Positions 31,915 to 35,990 of a stretch of 35,990 bases of DNA are shown piece by piece. How positions within the stretch are numbered: position 1 is the stretch's first letter; each line of letters begins with the position of its first letter. The translations under genes and the position numbers were made by a program. The notes beneath the pieces were generated by a model. That model did not search any database, was not told the DNA's origin, and saw only the letters and a program-made list of their open reading frames with translations. The stretch lies in contig NW_021829664.1 in assembly GCF_006345805.1 (NCBI RefSeq), positions 1 to 35,990 on the forward strand, in the 5' to 3' direction. The stretch comes from Octopus sinensis (taxonomy: Eukaryota).

Positions 31915-32920
31915 TGCGTGTGTACTTGCTTGTGTTGTGTGTGTTGGTAAGTCTGTATGTACGTCTGCATGTATTTGCGTTCCTTAATGCATGTGTGTGC
32001 TCGTGCGTGTGTATGTGTGTGTCTGTGTATGTGTGTATGTTTGTGTTTGGATCTGTTTCTGTGTGTGTGTGTGTGTGTTGTGTGTGTATGGATGAGTGTA
32101 TCGGTTTCTTTGTGTATATATGTGAGAGTATGTGTGTGTGTGCATGTATATGTGTATGTGTCTGTGTATGTGTGTGTATTTGTTTGTATTTGTTTGTATC
32201 TGTTTGTGTGTGTGTATGTGTGAGTGTAACTGTTTGTCTGTATATCTGTGAGTGTGTGAGTGTATGTAAGTATGAGCATGTATGTGTGTTTGTGTGTGTC
32301 TGTGTATATGTGTATGTATGTGTTTGGATCTATTTGTCTGTGTGTGTGTGTGTGTGTGTATGGATGAGTGTATGTTTTTGTGTGTGTGTGTGTATGGATG
32401 AGTATATTTGTCTGTGTATGAGTATGAGAGTATGTGTGTATGCATGTATATGTGTGTGTGTCTGTGTATGTATGTGTAGTTCTTTGTATCTGTTTGTCTG
32501 TGAGTGTGTGTATGTGTGTTGTATCTGTTTGTCTGTGTGCCTGTGAGTGTGTGAGTGTATGTATGTGTGAGCATGTATATGTGCGTGTGTGTCTGTGTAT
32601 GTGGGTATGTATGTGTTGTTTTCTCTTTGTCTGTGTGTGTATGGGTGGGTGTATCTGTTTGTCTCTGTGTGTGAGTGTATGTGTGTGTGCGATTGATTGT
32701 GCTAGTGTCCACGCTATTTGTGCATGTGTGAATATGTGCATATCAATGTCTCTGTGCTTATGTATGTATAAATATAGGCAAATGTACCTGTATGTATGTG
32801 TATCTATTTCTCTCCTCTTTGCGCACGTTTGTACTTGCGCGTGCGCGTGTGTTTGTATTTGTGGGTATATATATATGTATGTGTGTGTGTTTGTGCGTGT
32901 GTATGTATATATATTCATAT
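31915..32920. repeat. Degenerate (TG)n satellite with an approximately 300-bp higher-order duplication
   Basis: ctgtgagtgtgtgagtgtatgta occurs at 32246 and 32541. tgagagtatgtgtgt...gcatgtatatgtgt occurs at about 32122 and about 32425. Confidence 0.85.
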
Positions 32921-32923
32921 GTA

Positions 32924-33104
32924 GAGACAGGAGTGGCTGTGTGGCAAGAAGCTTGCTTCCCAACCACATGGTTCCGGGTTCAGTCCTACTGAGTAGCACA
33001 TTGGGCAAGTGTCTTCTATTGTAGCCTCGGGCCGACTAAAGCCCTTTGACGGGATTTGGTAGACGGAAACTATATATATGTATATATTTATATATGTGCA
33101 TATA

Positions 33105-33150
<46 letters not shown>

Positions 33151-33228
33151 ATATATATATATATATATATTATATGTACATGTATATATATATCATGTAT
33201 ACATATAATACATATATATATACATTAA

Positions 33229-33293
<65 letters not shown>

Positions 33294-33525
33294 TATACAG
33301 ATATATGTATATATATATGCATGTTTTATATATATATATTATATAATATAGTATCCCCCCCGCCCACCGTTGGACAACCGATGTAGGTGTGTTTACGTCT
33401 CCGTAGATTAGTAGTCCGTTAAAAGATAACCGGTAGATTAAGTGCCAGACTTGAATAACAAAAATAAGTATTGGAGTCGATTCATTCGACTAAAAAATTT
33501 TCAAGGCTGTCCCACGAGGGTCCGG
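32924..33525 (+). mobile_element. Composite SINE family B (head 32924-33071, about 280-bp (TA)n core, variant tail 33355-33525)
   Basis: The head is ggagtggctgtgtggcaagaagc...gggttcagtcctactg. The tail is ggtgtgtttacgtctccgta...aataagtattggagtcgattcattcgactaaaaa. Confidence 0.85.
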
Positions 33526-33554
33526 CGAATCCTGCTGTACTATTTCAGCACAAC

Positions 33555-33755
33555 TTTCTCTCACTCTTTCTTCCTGTTTCTGTTGTACCTGTATTTCAAA
33601 GGGCCGGCCTTGTCAAACTCTGTGTCACGCTGAATCTTCCCGAGAACTACGTTAAGGGTAGACGTGTCAGTGGAATGCTCAGCCATTTGCACGTAAATTT
33701 CACGAGCGTTGATCGGATCAACGGAAACACTCGTCGTAACCGACGGAGTGCCACG
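33555..33755 (+). mobile_element. SINE family E 3' fragment
   Basis: ctgtgtcacgctgaatcttcccgagaactacgttaaggg...ttgatcggatcaacggaaacactcgtcgtaaccgacggag matches 29670-29820. Confidence 0.85.
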
Positions 33756-34019
33756 ACATAAGCGCATACGCACACCTACGCACACATACAAACATACAAA
33801 TTCAAACACACACACACATACACGCACACCCGTACATGCGCGGGTAAGAGACAATTTCTTCCTTCTTCTACTTCAAAAAATTACTACTGAAATAATTCCT
33901 GCCTTTTATCAGTTCCATACTTTCTACAGATTGATAGACAAGCAATGTTACACGTAGTTTGAGAACTATTTCTCTTGACTCAACTATAAAACGTGTACAT
34001 ACATATATTGGCGGGTATG

Positions 34020-34225
34020 TGTTTGCGTATGTGAGTGTATGTGTGTATGTGTGTAATTATATAAATATATATATATATGCATATGTATATATATCTACAT
34101 ACCTACAAACACACGAACACACAAACATACATGCATACTTACATACATACATATATATATATAAATATATATATACATGCATATATGTATACATACATAC
34201 ATACATACATACATACATACATACA

Positions 34226-34259
<34 letters not shown>

Positions 34260-34410
34260 CATACATACAAACATAATTTGTCTGACTAACCATCTACCTA
34301 TCAATTTCTCTCTCTCTCTCTCTCTCAACATATCTAACTATCTATATACATGTATACGTGTGTGTGTGGGCATATATATATGTGTGTCTGTGTCTGTGTG
34401 TATGTTTCTG
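34020..34410. repeat. (CATA)n, (TA)n, (CT)n and (TG)n microsatellites
   Basis: Seen directly. Confidence 0.95.
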
Positions 34411-34414
34411 TGTC

Positions 34415-34745
34415 TCTCTGTATTCAGTCCCACCGCAAGGCAGCTTGGACAAGTCTCTTCAACTATATCTTCGGACCGACCAAATCCTTGTGAGTGGATT
34501 TGGTAGACGGAAACTAAAAGAAGCCTACGTGTGTGTTGTGTGTGTGTGGTGGGGGGGTATATGGATGGATGGATGGATGGATGGATTTGTGTTTTCCCGT
34601 CACCGTAAATTAACCGTTCATAGAAATAAAAACCCTCGATAGAGTAATGCTAAGTCTACAAAGAATAAGTCCTTGGGTCCAGTGGTTCGACTAAAGGCGT
34701 TGCTACAGCATGGCCACAGTGAAATGACTGAAACAAATAAAAGAA
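34415..34745 (+). mobile_element. Composite SINE family B, 5'-truncated, with a (GGAT)n-containing core
   Basis: ttcagtcccaccgcaaggcagcttggacaagtctcttc...gtagacggaaactaaaagaagcc is followed by a tg/ggat core and then the aagaataagtccttggg...cgactaaaggcg...gactgaaacaaataaaag tail. Confidence 0.85.
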
Positions 34746-34959
34746 TATATATATATACGAATACATCTGTATGAATGTATATATATATATATATATATAT
34801 ATAGGCGTTTCTCACGCATCATAAGCACGTGGGTATATAATCATGCATTGAACAAAAATATAGATTTATCTTTATAGACTCCTGATTACCTGATTTCGAA
34901 TCATACGCATTAATACCTTCATAAGCACACACTCATATGCATTCATGAATATTTACATA

Positions 34960-35365
34960 CCTACACACACACATACACAGTAAGTACACACTATGTAAAT
35001 ATATGCATATATATATATACATAATACATAATAAATATATACTTATATATTATATATATATATATATATAGATTATTATATATATATTATATACCTATAT
35101 ATATATACTTATATACATATATACAGGTGGTGCTATTAAGTTAAGACATGGCCTGGCCCACTAATGGCCGAAACCTTTCAAAGTATTTCAAAGTATACAT
35201 ATATAACACATATATATATGGATACATATATATTTGTACATATATACAAAATATGAATATTAATGTATATATGTATATATATATAATATATATATATTAT
35301 ATATATATATTATATAATATATATATGTATGTATATATAATATATATATGTATATATATATATAA

Positions 35366-35404
<39 letters not shown>

Positions 35405-35512
35405 CACATATATATATTTATATATACACACATATATATATTATATAATATAGATATATATATATATATATAAATACATATACATACATACATATATATA
35501 ATGACTTTCGTA
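34960..35512. repeat. (TA)n-rich microsatellite field
   Basis: Seen directly. Confidence 0.95.
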
Positions 35513-35990
35513 TATACATGCAATATCATGCAAACGCATATTTATAGATTAAACAACGGATTCTTTTGAACAATTCATTTCGTGACTTCCTTTATTAATA
35601 TCAGATCCTCGGGAGTTTTCATGTGTTTCAGACATCGTTTTTTGCTACCCTTCTTCCGCCATGTCATTCCCCTTTTACTAACGTATTAAACTTAGACATT
35701 TTTTTTTTTTACCATAAAATCTCATTCACCAGCATTATTTTACAAGAATCACAGAATCTAGTACAGTTTTTCATTATATTTTTATATTCATTATTTCTAT
35801 ATTATTTTTATTATTTTTCAAATTGAATTTATTTATTTGCATGTTTATTTCTTTATTTCTTTATTTATTATCGATATTGGTATTTCTCTTCGTTTTCTTG
35901 TTTTTGTTTTTTTGGGTTTTTTTTTTTTGGTGAATTCGCTTCTGTTTAATTCTGTTTTTTATATTAAAGACTCATTGAATAGATCCAGAA

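Noticed and set aside
31842-33008. 388-aa His/Thr-rich ORF and the overlapping Cys/Val-rich ORFs (also 29906-30828)
   Set aside because: These are translations of degenerate (CA)n/(TG)n repeats, which lack stop codons by composition. The ends run into SINE sequence.
35121-35175. tacaggtggtgctattaag as a Tc1/mariner TIR
   Set aside because: There is no partner TIR or transposase sequence in the window.

Overview
This is AT-rich, repeat-saturated animal genomic DNA, either intergenic or a very long intron. I infer Octopus or another coleoid cephalopod from the tRNA-derived SINE families and the extreme microsatellite load; this rests on recall, not a search. I cannot support any intact host gene, RNA gene or CRISPR array, and almost all ORF-track entries are translated microsatellites. 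Recognisable coding content is limited to decayed transposon fossils: a Penelope-like element (RT plus GIY-YIG), two R4/Dong-type LINE pieces, an RTE LINE 3' end, a CR1/L2-type LINE 3' end, a Tc1/mariner 3' end and a MULE transposase 3' end. Around them lie roughly 25 copies or fragments of five SINE families, which I label A-E for convenience. The best leads are RNA-structural: a minimal hammerhead-ribozyme-like motif in a (TA)n-flanked, probably Penelope-derived element (27770-27807), several long fold-backs (6242-6360, 23002-23253, 20115-20407, 20451-20596), and a composite SINE that carries a hypervariable microsatellite core. I found no evidence for a novel protein-coding system. Coordinates were read by eye, so element boundaries may be off by tens of bases.
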